Positions 36,101 through 45,490 of a stretch of 64,000 bases of DNA are shown here, piece after piece. A program made the translations under genes and the position numbers. The number at the start of each line of letters is the position of its first letter. Within the stretch, counting starts at the first letter, position 1. Where the stretch lies: positions 15,601-79,600 of the IMG/VR virus record IMGVR_UViG_3300028601_000030; one strand, written 5' to 3'. Origin of the DNA: a virus. Lineage: Duplodnaviria > Caudoviricetes. The notes under the pieces were generated by a model. That model saw nothing but the letters and a program-made list of their open reading frames with translations. It had not been told where the DNA came from and did no database searches.

Positions 36101-38729
36101 CCTCATCCCCAGCAGCTTTTACTGATTCTGCGTGAAGTTTCACGGAACGCGCACTTTGCACTAATTCTTGGCTGAGAAGTTTTACCTTTTCTGTAGTAGC
36201 TTCTACAGCTTCTTCAATTTTAGACTTTTGGATTTTTTCTAAAACCTTCGCAAGAGCCTCGCCGCTATCGGAAGCATTATAAATCTCAGTAGTCCACTTT
36301 GGATAAGCATCAGCCAACTTGTTTACAAGGTCGAGCCTTTCTGCGGCAGTTCCATTAAACTTCTTTGTCTGTGCGATTTCTGCATCTAAAGCGGAAGCTA
36401 CTTTTAAGGCATCTGCTTTTAACTGGGTGTAATTTTTAATGGTTTTTTCTGTAGCTTTATGGTGCTTGTACATCAGCCCCAAAAGAATTGTAATACCAGC
36501 AATTGCCATACCCCACGGATTTGCAAGAATAGCCACATTCATTGCAAGTATCCTGGCAGTGGCAGCTTTTGTTGCCGCTCCAAATGCGGCCATCGCTGCA
36601 CTAGCTTTTACCATTGAAGCCCCAATTTGCAGAGCGATAAATGCCGCGGCTGCGGAAGTAAGTCCAACAAACCATCTAGCTGCGGGAAGTCCTACCAAAT
36701 CTGTCAAGCGATCTAGCGTGTACCGAACAGTGTTGCCGAAAACACGAAGAACACCATTTAATCCTGCATCCCCCATTGCAAGTGCAAGGTTTGCTGCCTT
36801 ATCACCTATCTGCTTGTATATGATTCCAAGACCTTCAACCTGAATAGCTGCATTTTCTGCGGCGGTTCCTTGGAGCTGTACAGCGAGCTGCATTTTTTCG
36901 AAAGCTTCAACACCTTGGGTAGCAAGCGCAGAAGCAGCAGTTGCCCCACGCAAACCAAACAGTTCGAATGCTGTATCAGCATCTGTCACGACATACTGGA
37001 GATTCTTAATGACAGTCTGCATGTCATTAGCACGAAGGTCAAAATCTTCAACGCTTAAACCAGCTTCCCGAATTGCTTTTTTCATCTTGTCTGTAGGAGA
37101 TACCAACTCTTTAAAGACCCTACGCAAGCCAGTAGCAATGGAACTCGCTCTCATACCTGTATTTGCAAGTACCATCATACTTGCAGAAGTGTCTTTGAGC
37201 GACACGCCTGCCCTAGCAGCAATTGGTCCAAGATAGTTCATCGCTGTTTGGATTTTGTCTACAGTCAGCTTTGAATTATTGACTGCATTGGTGAAAATAT
37301 CCGCAGCATCCGAAGCATTTATATTCTCATCCTTGAACACACGAAGGGCGGAAGTGACAAGTTCTACCGAAGTGTTCATGGTAGAAAGTGTACCAGTTGC
37401 AAGATTCGCAACGCCCTCAATCGCACCAATAGTTTCTAGTGCAGAGAAACCAGATTGACCGAGAAGTTTCATACCTTCTGCAATCTCACCAGCAGAGAAT
37501 TTGGTTATGCCTGCTACTTCGCGAATCTTCGCATCGAGCAGCCCCATTTCTTCTGTAGTTGCTCTGGTAATTGCTTCAAGGTCTTTTAGTGCTTGGGAAA
37601 ATTGGATGTTCGTGGTGAAGGCTTTCATTGCGGTGCCAAGGGCCGCAGCAGTAGTAGCTGCCGCTACGGTGTAAGCAACGAAAGATTTTAACTTGTTTCC
37701 AATAAATTGTATTGCGCGTCCGAAACGCCCGGATTCTTCTTGAGTGCGCTTAAACCCTGCAGAGAGAACACCTAAACGCCTCCCAGCTTCCTCACTTGAT
37801 ACTCCAAGAGTGCGCAAACCTTCACTTGTTAGTGCTTTAAACTTTCCATTTACAACAGAAAGATCACCAGATAGTATTTTCTGAGAAGCAAGCACTGGAT
37901 CAATTGAAGCTACATGTTTTCGATATGCTTTAGTTGCGGTGTCTACATTTCCGGTTTGTGCCTTTAAAGCAATCCTGGAATTTTTTGTAGCTGTTGCTGT
38001 CTGGTCTAAGGCTTTTGACCATATTGCAACTTCTTTTGAGCCATAACCAAATTGTTTTCCTAGTGACTGAACAGCATCACTATAAACATAAGAAATTTTG
38101 GCATTTTTATCCAAAACTTTTTTATAATCAGTCTGAACATTATTCAGTTTACGTAGGGCTTCAGCTTGTTTTTTGTTCATGCCTAAAGCACGTTCACCAG
38201 CCGCAGTTACCGGAACAAGAACATCACCAACTTTTTTGATATCTTTAGAAGTGAGTGCTGCTTGAGCACCTAAAGCATCGAAATTTTTGGTAAAAGTACC
38301 AACTTTATTTCCAGTGGCTACAAGTTGTGCAGCAGTGCCCATAACGGCATTTTCCCACTTTGTTGCTTCTTTTGTGGCACGTTTGTGGGCTAATTCTGTT
38401 TTACCTAATTTTTGGTAGTAATCGTTGTATAGGGTAGAAACACCCTTAATTTCAGAAGCAAATTTACCTTGTGCAGCAGCAGCCTTGCTCGTAGCGTCTG
38501 CTTGCTTAGTAAATTCTTTGGCGGCCTTGCCAGTTGTTTTGGCAAGGCCGTCCAATTCCTTCTGCATCTTGGAAAGTTGCGTGGCGGCAGCGGACTTGTT
38601 CATCTTGTCCATCTCTACCGCCAAATTCTTGGTCAGATTGGCGAGGTTTTTGAAGCTCGTATTTAGGGCATTAAACACCGATTTGGTGTTGTTTACCATG
38701 CTGACGGACATTCTTAAATCTGCGGCCAT
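33102..38729 (-). CDS. Tape measure protein (1875 aa)
   Basis: Ala-rich coiled coil; TP901-type core (FSQALKDLEAIT...TKFSAGEIAEGM..LGQSG); position after the chaperones. Confidence 0.95.
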   Translation of the reverse strand: MAADLRMSVSMVNNTKSVFNALNTSFKNLANLTKNLAVEMDKMNKSAAATQLSKMQKELDGLAKTTGKAAKEFTKQADATSKAAAAQGKFASEIKGVSTLYNDYYQKLGKTELAHKRATKEATKWENAVMGTAAQLVATGNKVGTFTKNFDALGAQAALTSKDIKKVGDVLVPVTAAGERALGMNKKQAEALRKLNNVQTDYKKVLDKNAKISYVYSDAVQSLGKQFGYGSKEVAIWSKALDQTATATKNSRIALKAQTGNVDTATKAYRKHVASIDPVLASQKILSGDLSVVNGKFKALTSEGLRTLGVSSEEAGRRLGVLSAGFKRTQEESGRFGRAIQFIGNKLKSFVAYTVAAATTAAALGTAMKAFTTNIQFSQALKDLEAITRATTEEMGLLDAKIREVAGITKFSAGEIAEGMKLLGQSGFSALETIGAIEGVANLATGTLSTMNTSVELVTSALRVFKDENINASDAADIFTNAVNNSKLTVDKIQTAMNYLGPIAARAGVSLKDTSASMMVLANTGMRASSIATGLRRVFKELVSPTDKMKKAIREAGLSVEDFDLRANDMQTVIKNLQYVVTDADTAFELFGLRGATAASALATQGVEAFEKMQLAVQLQGTAAENAAIQVEGLGIIYKQIGDKAANLALAMGDAGLNGVLRVFGNTVRYTLDRLTDLVGLPAARWFVGLTSAAAAFIALQIGASMVKASAAMAAFGAATKAATARILAMNVAILANPWGMAIAGITILLGLMYKHHKATEKTIKNYTQLKADALKVASALDAEIAQTKKFNGTAAERLDLVNKLADAYPKWTTEIYNASDSGEALAKVLEKIQKSKIEEAVEATTEKVKLLSQELVQSARSVKLHAESVKAAGDEEELAAERRRNLGEATSKYNAKLKEIALQIMQIENLGEAFDFAEVFGDNLPATREYVAQLKEIIARERETQEAEKTSLKTRKETLATKIEEAEVDKEKAAVALRTAEIEAKNAKANLASLAKRKVSEQELLSATQAVNKAEEKVRETKQEVIRTTKALLEVEKRLIELKADEYEIQAQIAEIFGDGKAQAIAEENKAYQERLKYLNETLDTLVETGRQDTEIYRQTLLAKAKLLQNHLQRKVEIEEEYADKEREIAERQKEALKELNYEAVTDIEEVGEAILERRQAQYRRELSDLQDNLRDKMALEGDHTDVVMKLVAQIEDKKKSIYTTEKKLIQQRTKDIEASYDLEMTIIDNAEKRELARLETRNIQGSVSKEEYEKEKLEIETKYLQMRLNQARAYYNEISALENASVEDIKAAKEKMLQAEAEYHIQAEQAAAKRKQIAKEAHEERLAQIEEESKAEEKAASKRERVAAAAANFITGLYNEVGNALVEVGAKAASLGSQGNLFIEAIAENAALAGDEVAQWALKLDAAQKKTQGFKDAMLRGSAAWAPLWKDLADKWREAANAIREKLQYTKDIRALDSMEISHYSDVEAAQRKLNQIREEYTYLGQEDLQNLQKAKSAVQEQINQQRILNQEKENAARLEKEQANTDAINAAVGEIERLQEAGKNIEDYGFAPEDASRLEEIKKESAEIKAQISAQRLADAQHLQFLEAAGELTDAQKQEERELAQERLEGLLDVQEMLSLESQAITDRLDIEKGNLLELNEMKIEQAEEEEERARIAHEKALEWIEAENAKRLEGVESFNQQMLEALKSIADATQGGISHNWYDPFGTKKDNTTKMARGGQLPGESTIDSIPVLARPGEWFIRNESARSWTQNFGSGFMKGINEPLSAAGQAIKSALQGASVVPAPASAPVPKTNFSTGGQVVRYDKDDGALTKVLNRIEKALSDNKRNDEGTRRSVSVNIQSGGQQVVGNFTEEDAKNLMAMLQKQQGFAG

Positions 38730-38731
38730 GA

Positions 38732-39465
38732 TTATTTCCTTTGCTCAGACTGCCATTTTTTATGCTTACCCATCATTTTTTGGGTCATTTCTTCCTTCTC
38801 TTCAGGAGATATATTAGCATAATCGTCAGGGTTTCCAAATAACGGAACTTCTTTATTCATGTTTTGGGAGGTATTTATTTGCGGGTCTTTGCTCGCAGCT
38901 TCTTTAGAAACATCTATACCGTGCATTGCGGCCTCAATTTCAAGATCATCATTTCGCAATTTGGTTAGTGTTTTGTATAGCGTTTCAAATTGGCTTCGAG
39001 TTACACCTCCCTCTAAAAAACCAAGAGTATAAAAATGCTCTACTCTGTAGGTTGAGTTTTTGATTATTGTGCAGATTGCCTCGTCTGTGGAAACATATTC
39101 TTTACTTTCCCCACGAGGCTCTGGAAGTTTTTTACTGAACCGGTAAAGTTCATATCAAAGATCAGTTCCAGAAGTTCTGTAAACTGTTCATTGTCAATGT
39201 CAGACATTTCTGGACGATTAGCTTCCTTAGTGACCATCTGCAATACTGTGGAAATGTTTTCTTTCAGCACATCGAAGATGGTTAAAACTACAGTGGTTGT
39301 TTCAGAATCATCCGAGTCATCAGTGATGCCAGAAATTTTTTCGGCAACATCAGAAATAGTGTCAAACAGTTTAAACTCGTCCGCCATAGAAAGCGGATAG
39401 ATGGTATAGGTGTGAAGTTCTTCGATTCCCAACTCAATGGTTTTGATTTTTGGATTAAGGCCCAT
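38732..39465 (-). CDS. Tail assembly chaperone gpGT-like, made by -1 frameshift
   Basis: The -1 frame is open from A AAA AAC (39133-39127) through KLPEPRGESKEY...LRNDDLEIEAAMHG to TAA 38732. Confidence 0.8.
39064..39465 (-). CDS. Tail assembly chaperone gpG-like
   Basis: 133 aa between the major tail protein and the tape measure. Confidence 0.85.
   Translation of the reverse strand: MGLNPKIKTIELGIEELHTYTIYPLSMADEFKLFDTISDVAEKISGITDDSDDSETTTVVLTIFDVLKENISTVLQMVTKEANRPEMSDIDNEQFTELLELIFDMNFTGSVKNFQSLVGKVKNMFPQTRQSAQ
39127..39133 (-). promoter_or_regulatory. Programmed -1 ribosomal frameshift heptamer A AAA AAC
   Basis: In-phase X XXY YYZ at GTA AAA AAC near the end of gpG. Confidence 0.8.
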
Positions 39466-39492
39466 TTTCTATTCTCCTAGAAGATTGAAGTT

Positions 39493-39512
39493 GGGGAGGC
39501 GAAAGCCTCCCC
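39493..39512. terminator. GC-rich hairpin after the major tail protein
   Basis: GGGGAGGC-GAAA-GCCTCCCC; weak U-tract. Confidence 0.5.
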
Positions 39513-39549
39513 ATACTATGTAACACGATCAATCAAAATAAATTGATCG

Positions 39550-40461
39550 CTAGTCGAAGGATATAATCCCCAATGGCTGCGCGTCCCAAGCGGCATTACC
39601 GCCGGATACCTCAGCGTCAGCACGTTTCGCTTCGAATGTCAGCGGAACGGCCGCAGCATCTTCTGCCTGAAGATCAATCTCAGTGGTTGCAACAGCGTTT
39701 GCACGGGGGAAGATGATGTACATGTGGTTTACACCATTGGGATATGTGTAAACTGCTTCCATACGCACGAACTTCGGTGCCGCGATACTACCGAGACCAA
39801 TAGATCCAGTATGATTGTCTGCAAAGTTACTGGACAGATTCACTACGGAGAAACGCACAATGTCGCCTGCTGCATGAGTTCCTGTAACAAAGCTGGCTGC
39901 GAGAGTCAGAGCATCGTTGATGCCATCGAAGCTGAAACCTTCTGTAGTACTAATACCAACTGCCGCATCATTCTTCATAGTGCCAAGAGAATCATGACGT
40001 ACATCGTATGCAGTATCAGAGGTAAACTCTACAGTGTACGTACCAGCTTCAATGTAATCCTGGCTTGCAACAGTGATTTTTGTCTGGTCTACAACAAGAT
40101 CGCCATTTACACTGACTACAACGTGGGCACCAGATACAGACATTGTTCCTGCACCTTCACTCGGGTCAAGACCACGAGCAATTGCCAGGTTCTTCGGCGA
40201 AAGCTCTTTGAAAGCACATTCAAGACTCGCTGTTTCACGAAGAGGTACGGTCATGTCTTCCAACAGCGGGAAACCAGACTCAAGTTTCCAGTAAGACACT
40301 TCACCAGTGTACTTGGTGTTTGCGAGAGCCCCAATTGACTGATCTGCGGTAAGGACTGAACCTACCTGAGAAATGTTTGTTGCTGAATTACCGACACGAA
40401 TCTGAGCCAGCCCCAGGGCGACTGTGCTGGTATCCTTAGTTACTGGACCTGTTCTTCCCAT
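39550..40461 (-). CDS. Major tail (tube) protein
   Basis: ALGLAQIRVG...ASLECAFKELSPKNL...VPLTFEA; canonical position. Confidence 0.8.
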   Translation of the reverse strand: MGRTGPVTKDTSTVALGLAQIRVGNSATNISQVGSVLTADQSIGALANTKYTGEVSYWKLESGFPLLEDMTVPLRETASLECAFKELSPKNLAIARGLDPSEGAGTMSVSGAHVVVSVNGDLVVDQTKITVASQDYIEAGTYTVEFTSDTAYDVRHDSLGTMKNDAAVGISTTEGFSFDGINDALTLAASFVTGTHAAGDIVRFSVVNLSSNFADNHTGSIGLGSIAAPKFVRMEAVYTYPNGVNHMYIIFPRANAVATTEIDLQAEDAAAVPLTFEAKRADAEVSGGNAAWDAQPLGIISFD

Positions 40462-40464
40462 AAT

Positions 40465-40683
40465 TTACTCCTTTTTCTTGGTTAAGTCTAACACGGTTAC
40501 GTGGTCACAACTTCTTCGGAGACATTTCAGATAAATCTTACCTCCCCCGACTACTTCCATATCAACTATCGGCTGTTCTTTGTGAGAGCGTCCAAAACGA
40601 AAAACGTAATTATCACCACTCTTTTTGTATATCAGCTTCTTGCCACATTGTTCACAATGAATAAACACTATTTTGCTCCCCAA
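40465..40683 (-). CDS. Small zinc-ribbon protein (Com-like, tentative)
   Basis: CEQCGKKL ... KCLRRSC. Confidence 0.55.
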   Translation of the reverse strand: MGSKIVFIHCEQCGKKLIYKKSGDNYVFRFGRSHKEQPIVDMEVVGGGKIYLKCLRRSCDHVTVLDLTKKKE

Positions 40684-41132
40684 TTCAAGAGAAAAGGAAG
40701 AATTTTGAGATTTATTCCTTCCGTGTACAAAGCAAAATTCATATCATCCAGTACCTGAACCACAGCTACAAACTGCTGCGTCCAAGATGAATCATAACAA
40801 GCTACACGCTTTTTACAGTCTGTGTGGGAAAAATCTACCAGTTTTTCGTAAACAATGTCCCTAAATTCAGCAAGTTTATATCCGTCAGTATCCCCAGAAG
40901 AAAACAGGTAGATATGAAAATACTTAGTGCTGAGTGTTCCCCGTACAGAATTTCTGGGAACTACACACATCCAACGGTCGATCTTGTTCCCTTCTGCATC
41001 TGTAGGCTGCTTATCAATAAATTCAAAATAAAGAGGAATACCCCCAACCGTTTTGAACTCGTCAATAAAGAACTTCCGCACAGAGCGCAGAATCGTAGCA
41101 TCGCTTAGGGTTGGATCAAGCATCAGGATCAC
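40668..41132 (-). CDS. Tail terminator-like protein
   Basis: Position in the neck module; 154 aa. Confidence 0.55.
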   Translation of the reverse strand: MILMLDPTLSDATILRSVRKFFIDEFKTVGGIPLYFEFIDKQPTDAEGNKIDRWMCVVPRNSVRGTLSTKYFHIYLFSSGDTDGYKLAEFRDIVYEKLVDFSHTDCKKRVACYDSSWTQQFVAVVQVLDDMNFALYTEGINLKILPFLLNWGAK

Positions 41133-41331
41133 TCAGCTCCTTTTCCAAATCTACCAGCAATTTATGGAACTTCTGAAAAGTCTCCAAAATCTTTGCGTCT
41201 TCCGGTTTATTTGCATCCAGGTCTAACTCGGTCACATTCAGACCACCGATCAAATTACGAACCTCACTGTACGGAAGCTCAAACAGTATGTGGATGTCTT
41301 TTGGCACAACTTGTACTATTCTCATAATCAA
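41116..41331 (-). CDS. Hypothetical protein (71 aa)
   Basis: Overlapping start/stop within the operon. Confidence 0.6.
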   Translation of the reverse strand: MIMRIVQVVPKDIHILFELPYSEVRNLIGGLNVTELDLDANKPEDAKILETFQKFHKLLVDLEKELSDPDA

Positions 41332-42152
41332 ATCTTATCATTAAATTCTCGGACGTATTCCTGGATAGTAGCTTCATCCAGCCCAGCGGCGCGTAAACCA
41401 TCAATAAAATTCTTCTTGTCTTCTGTGGCAAAGGATGATTCACTTTCGCGCACACTAAACCCACCGGCAGTAGCTTGGGACATTTCCCCAAGAGATACGG
41501 AAGCGGAAGCAATCCTCCCTGCACCAGAACGCGCTTCTCTGGTAGCTTCACTCAAGTTATCTTCCACTTCATCTGCTACCCGATACATAAAATATTTTGC
41601 TGCGGATGGTGCAAACTGAGAAGCAAAATCTGCCATCGCCGTTAAAATTAGAGGTCTAGGTTTGTCACTATGCCAACCAAATTCAAGAGCGGCTGTATAC
41701 CCCGCTACAGAAACCTGCTCACCTGTAGTATAAAAACCGTTACTGCCCATGACCACTTTTGCAGTTTTCTTGCCTTGATCAATGCCTACAATGCTACCGC
41801 GTTGACTTCCGTATCTGCGATTGAGCACTTTAATAGATTCCATCAAAGTGCCTGTTAATATATGATCTCCGTATTCTGCTCCAGCGGCAGCCTTTGCTTT
41901 AGCATAATATTTTGAATATGTGCGAGTTTGGTATCCTGGAAGATTTTCTCCTCCCTTTTCAATTGATTTTCGCACGTGCGCCGCAGCTACAGCAGCCATA
42001 TTTTTAGAAAGCCAACCACCACCATCATCAGATAAATAAGCTACTTTTCTACCATATTTTTCAAGCGTCCGAGCGGTGACTTCAAGTTGAGGGAGCAAAT
42101 GCTCATCCCAACCCATAGCAAATAATCCTCTTGGAGTTCCTTTACCTGCCAT
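41328..42152 (-). CDS. Neck / tail completion protein (HK97 gp10-like)
   Basis: ILTGTLMESI, YTAALEFG, KPRPLI. Confidence 0.6.
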   Translation of the reverse strand: MAGKGTPRGLFAMGWDEHLLPQLEVTARTLEKYGRKVAYLSDDGGGWLSKNMAAVAAAHVRKSIEKGGENLPGYQTRTYSKYYAKAKAAAGAEYGDHILTGTLMESIKVLNRRYGSQRGSIVGIDQGKKTAKVVMGSNGFYTTGEQVSVAGYTAALEFGWHSDKPRPLILTAMADFASQFAPSAAKYFMYRVADEVEDNLSEATREARSGAGRIASASVSLGEMSQATAGGFSVRESESSFATEDKKNFIDGLRAAGLDEATIQEYVREFNDKI

Positions 42153-42766
42153 TACCGATCATCCTTATCCGCCATACAAACTAAAACATTGTCCAATTCG
42201 TAAGCATTGACTTGGAGAATCTTAAAATTACATCCATCAGAACATTGCCAACGATCACCTATTTTCGCTTTATAGATTGCTGGAATGTACAAAATCATGG
42301 TTCCTTGGGTATTTGACATGACACCTTCCATCATGGTATCGTCTTGAACCAAAGCTTTCTCAACAAAACATGCGCGTATATTTTCGGCTATAGGTTTCCA
42401 GGGAGATAAACGCTCGTAATTTTCGTCATATTGGGGATTATCAGAATACTCCAAAACACTACCGACAACATTGCATCGGTAGAACAGCGCAATATTCTCT
42501 ACAACGGCATTTTCAAAGGTTTCTGGTACAAGGTTTGTTACGAGGAAATATGTACCACTAAAACTAACAATGTCTCCCATTTGGACAGGGGAATCAGCGG
42601 CTATTGAACCTCTACGGGCAAACATTCGTATGAAAAGAGTAGATTGGTCTGGATATGAAGTAGGATCTATGAACAGACCGGTAGTTGCTGAACCGTCTGG
42701 ATGATGAAGGGTCATTGCTGTTCCGACTTCTTCAAGAACTTCCTTTATGTCGTTGGCAATGGTCAT
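42152..42766 (-). CDS. Head closure / head-tail adaptor
   Basis: Position; beta-rich; GDRW..FKILQV. Confidence 0.55.
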   Translation of the reverse strand: MTIANDIKEVLEEVGTAMTLHHPDGSATTGLFIDPTSYPDQSTLFIRMFARRGSIAADSPVQMGDIVSFSGTYFLVTNLVPETFENAVVENIALFYRCNVVGSVLEYSDNPQYDENYERLSPWKPIAENIRACFVEKALVQDDTMMEGVMSNTQGTMILYIPAIYKAKIGDRWQCSDGCNFKILQVNAYELDNVLVCMADKDDR

Positions 42767-42775
42767 AATTCATCC

Positions 42776-43216
42776 TTATCTGCGCGGAACGTCAACCCGA
42801 ATACCTACCGGGTCATATACAAAACTGTTTGTTATGTAGGTCATAAACCCTTCTTTGTCCATATCGCTCAGAACGCTATCCAAGAACAAAGACGGGTTAT
42901 CTTCTACAAACGCTTGGAACTTTGAATCTGCCTGCTCAATCATTGCGGACAGATGCTTGAAACGATGCTCAAGATGAATCTGTTTGTACTGAAATTTAAG
43001 TGCCGCAACGTTCATCAGCACATAAAGTATGTGGCGACGGCAACGCTCAATCGCCCAATACTGCTTGGTGTTATCTGTTATAGGGAAAGACCATCCCACC
43101 TCTGTCAAAGCTTGTTGTGCCGCAGACTCTAATGCAGGAACTTCGAGACTATCGGCTGTTCCAGACATCAAAGACTGTGTTTGACTAATTAAATCGTCCA
43201 GAGATGAGATGGCCAT
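42776..43216 (-). CDS. Head-tail connector
   Basis: Helical protein two genes after the capsid gene. Confidence 0.55.
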   Translation of the reverse strand: MAISSLDDLISQTQSLMSGTADSLEVPALESAAQQALTEVGWSFPITDNTKQYWAIERCRRHILYVLMNVAALKFQYKQIHLEHRFKHLSAMIEQADSKFQAFVEDNPSLFLDSVLSDMDKEGFMTYITNSFVYDPVGIRVDVPRR

Positions 43217-43222
43217 ATCTTA

Positions 43223-43528
43223 TTACCCTTTTTTCTGAGTGGTTCGCGCAGGGCGCTTCAACTCTTTCTTTTCGGCTCCAGCTTCTTCTTTCTCTTTGGC
43301 TTCAGCTTTTTCTTTGGCTTCCGCTTTTTCTAGCTCCTGCGGGTCAATGGTCTTTTCTTCAGGAACAACCTCCTTCTGGATCAGGAGAATAGAACTGTTC
43401 TTTTTGACCATTTTCTGAATCTCTTCAGGAAAGCTTTCAACGGGGCCACGAAAAACGTGGCCCCTTGAAAGAATGTCACCATTTCCCATTTTCAGGGTTC
43501 CCTTAAGTGTAACCTTAATGGATTGCAT
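43223..43528 (-). CDS. Hypothetical protein with Glu/Lys-rich tail
   Basis: GGAGG RBS; follows the capsid gene. Confidence 0.65.
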   Translation of the reverse strand: MQSIKVTLKGTLKMGNGDILSRGHVFRGPVESFPEEIQKMVKKNSSILLIQKEVVPEEKTIDPQELEKAEAKEKAEAKEKEEAGAEKKELKRPARTTQKKG

Positions 43529-43539
43529 GTGACCTCCTA

Positions 43540-44766
43540 TTAGCGTACTTTGAGACGGTAGATGGTGTCAGGATAGTACAGTACCGGCAGACCTTTGTCC
43601 TGTACACGAGTCCAAGTACCATCAGGATCCCACTCGTCTTTCTTATCAACATTCATACCCCACTGACGCTCAAGGCCGTAAGGTGCCTGCATGAACTCCG
43701 CAATCTTCATGCCATCGGCAGAAGTGTCAGAGAAAATCAAGAAGGTGTCATCGTCAATGAACTTCTTACGCATGATAACCTTGTCCTCACCTGCAATGTA
43801 ACTGTTGGTAGGAGCAGATGCTACAGTGATTGTATTGGTGCTTACATTCACTGCGGTGATTTTACGATCTTCCCAAGAGGAAGCTTCGCTCATGTCGATA
43901 AGGCGCAGAGTACCACCAACTTCAAAGTCAGCAGCATTGTCAACAACGATGTCAGTGGAAGAACCACCAGTTACGTTGCTGAGAAGCCAACCGGTAACTT
44001 CGAAAGTCTCATCGTACACCTGGATATTGCCAACGCCCAGCAGGGAGCCGATAACCTGTGACGGATTAGCAAACAGATCGCCATTGCCGAATGCAGACTT
44101 CTGAAGCAGAGCCTGGATGTCTTTGTCCAGAACCAGAAGCTTCAGCAGGTTGCTGTTGAGCATTGCGTACTTGGGAGTAACGCCTGCATCATCCTGGAGA
44201 GTAGTCTTCGCATCGAAAATATCCTCAACGGGATTCTTTTTTGTACCAGTATCCCACTGACGATCAGTACCGAGCGTTACCAGGTGACTTTCAGGAATGC
44301 CGTAGCTTACAGAAAGACGAGTACCGCCTTTTGCAAGGTAGCTAAATCCGCCCTGGGTTACCATCTGTGACATCATCCACTCACGGCGCCGGTCACAACG
44401 ATTGCGAAGTTTCTGCATACCACGAGCAAGTTGGCGCTCGGCAGTCAGATACTTAGCAGTAGTTCCTGGCTCACGGAGGTTGTTGAGGAATTCTTCGTCA
44501 AAGTACATCTTCTCTTTGAAGTATGCGGCTTTGGCACTTGCTTCACCAACACCATCGAGTCCGATTGCCGGAGCAGGGGCACCGGGAGCTACAAACGGAG
44601 TCATTCCCGCGCTGCCGTACTCAATTTCCCAGCGAATGTTGTCAGAATCGTAGTTCTGGCTGGGGAACATGTTCGAAAAGAACATGGTCGGCGCAGTGGG
44701 GAACTTACGAATCAATTTATTCAGCACCGTCAGTTTCAGTGCCGGAATACCTTCAGAACCTTTCAT
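43540..44766 (-). CDS. Major capsid protein (lambda gpE-like) with inserted beta-domain
   Basis: FFSNMFP, MTPFVAPGAPA, RRREWM, W...KNPVEDI, GLPVLYYPD. Confidence 0.88.
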   Translation of the reverse strand: MKGSEGIPALKLTVLNKLIRKFPTAPTMFFSNMFPSQNYDSDNIRWEIEYGSAGMTPFVAPGAPAPAIGLDGVGEASAKAAYFKEKMYFDEEFLNNLREPGTTAKYLTAERQLARGMQKLRNRCDRRREWMMSQMVTQGGFSYLAKGGTRLSVSYGIPESHLVTLGTDRQWDTGTKKNPVEDIFDAKTTLQDDAGVTPKYAMLNSNLLKLLVLDKDIQALLQKSAFGNGDLFANPSQVIGSLLGVGNIQVYDETFEVTGWLLSNVTGGSSTDIVVDNAADFEVGGTLRLIDMSEASSWEDRKITAVNVSTNTITVASAPTNSYIAGEDKVIMRKKFIDDDTFLIFSDTSADGMKIAEFMQAPYGLERQWGMNVDKKDEWDPDGTWTRVQDKGLPVLYYPDTIYRLKVR

Positions 44767-44797
44767 AATTCAATCTCCTTCTTTAGGTGGTTAGCAC

Positions 44798-45463
44798 TTA
44801 CTTGATGATGGTGTGAACACCGTCCTGGATAGCTCCAAGATCAGTAAGCGATTTCGCGGACATTCCAGTGAGGAATGCGGTATACAGAATACAATTGCCG
44901 AATACAACAGAAACGGGAACTGCATTATCAGTGCCAGCAGTGCCTGTGTTGATATCCTTGTCCAATACGCAAGAAGCCGCATAGAAAGGCGAAGCCGCAG
45001 CGGTCTTGTGGCTCAGAGCCGAACGGCTTGCAACCGTCATTAACGCACCAGAAACAGCATTGGTCACAGTAATAACAACCTGACCATTTGCCGGAGCAGC
45101 AATTTTCGTGATTGCGCCAAGATCCTGATATACAGGAGTGAGGTTGTTCAGGACAACTTCATCACCAACGCGAAATTTTGCGGCGTCAGCTTCCGACACA
45201 GTTACAGTAGTATCAGTGTCCCCTGCGTCAACAACAAGGCGGGAACGTGCCGCGTCAATGGCGTCAACAGACCCAGAATCTACGGGAACCGGTACAACCA
45301 GTTCATCTGCAACAGTTGTTGCCATTACCCGGCCGCGTTTCAGGTAGCCGAATCCGGCGTGGGCAGACTTGTCCTTAATCAGGGCAATTTCTGCACGAGA
45401 GTGAAAAAGCGGCGGGAGACCCGGGGTATATCCGGTGCGCTCGATGCCAGGTGCTTCATTCAT
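44798..45463 (-). CDS. Head decoration protein (gpD-like)
   Basis: Between protease and capsid; AGFGYLKRGRVMA, CVLDKDIN. Confidence 0.7.
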   Translation of the reverse strand: MNEAPGIERTGYTPGLPPLFHSRAEIALIKDKSAHAGFGYLKRGRVMATTVADELVVPVPVDSGSVDAIDAARSRLVVDAGDTDTTVTVSEADAAKFRVGDEVVLNNLTPVYQDLGAITKIAAPANGQVVITVTNAVSGALMTVASRSALSHKTAAASPFYAASCVLDKDINTGTAGTDNAVPVSVVFGNCILYTAFLTGMSAKSLTDLGAIQDGVHTIIK

Positions 45464-45490
45464 GATGTTACCTCCTTATCAGTTAAAAAT

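Noticed and set aside
39106-39113. GGGGAAAG as the chaperone slippery site
   Set aside because: Out of phase for X XXY YYZ; A AAA AAC upstream is in phase.
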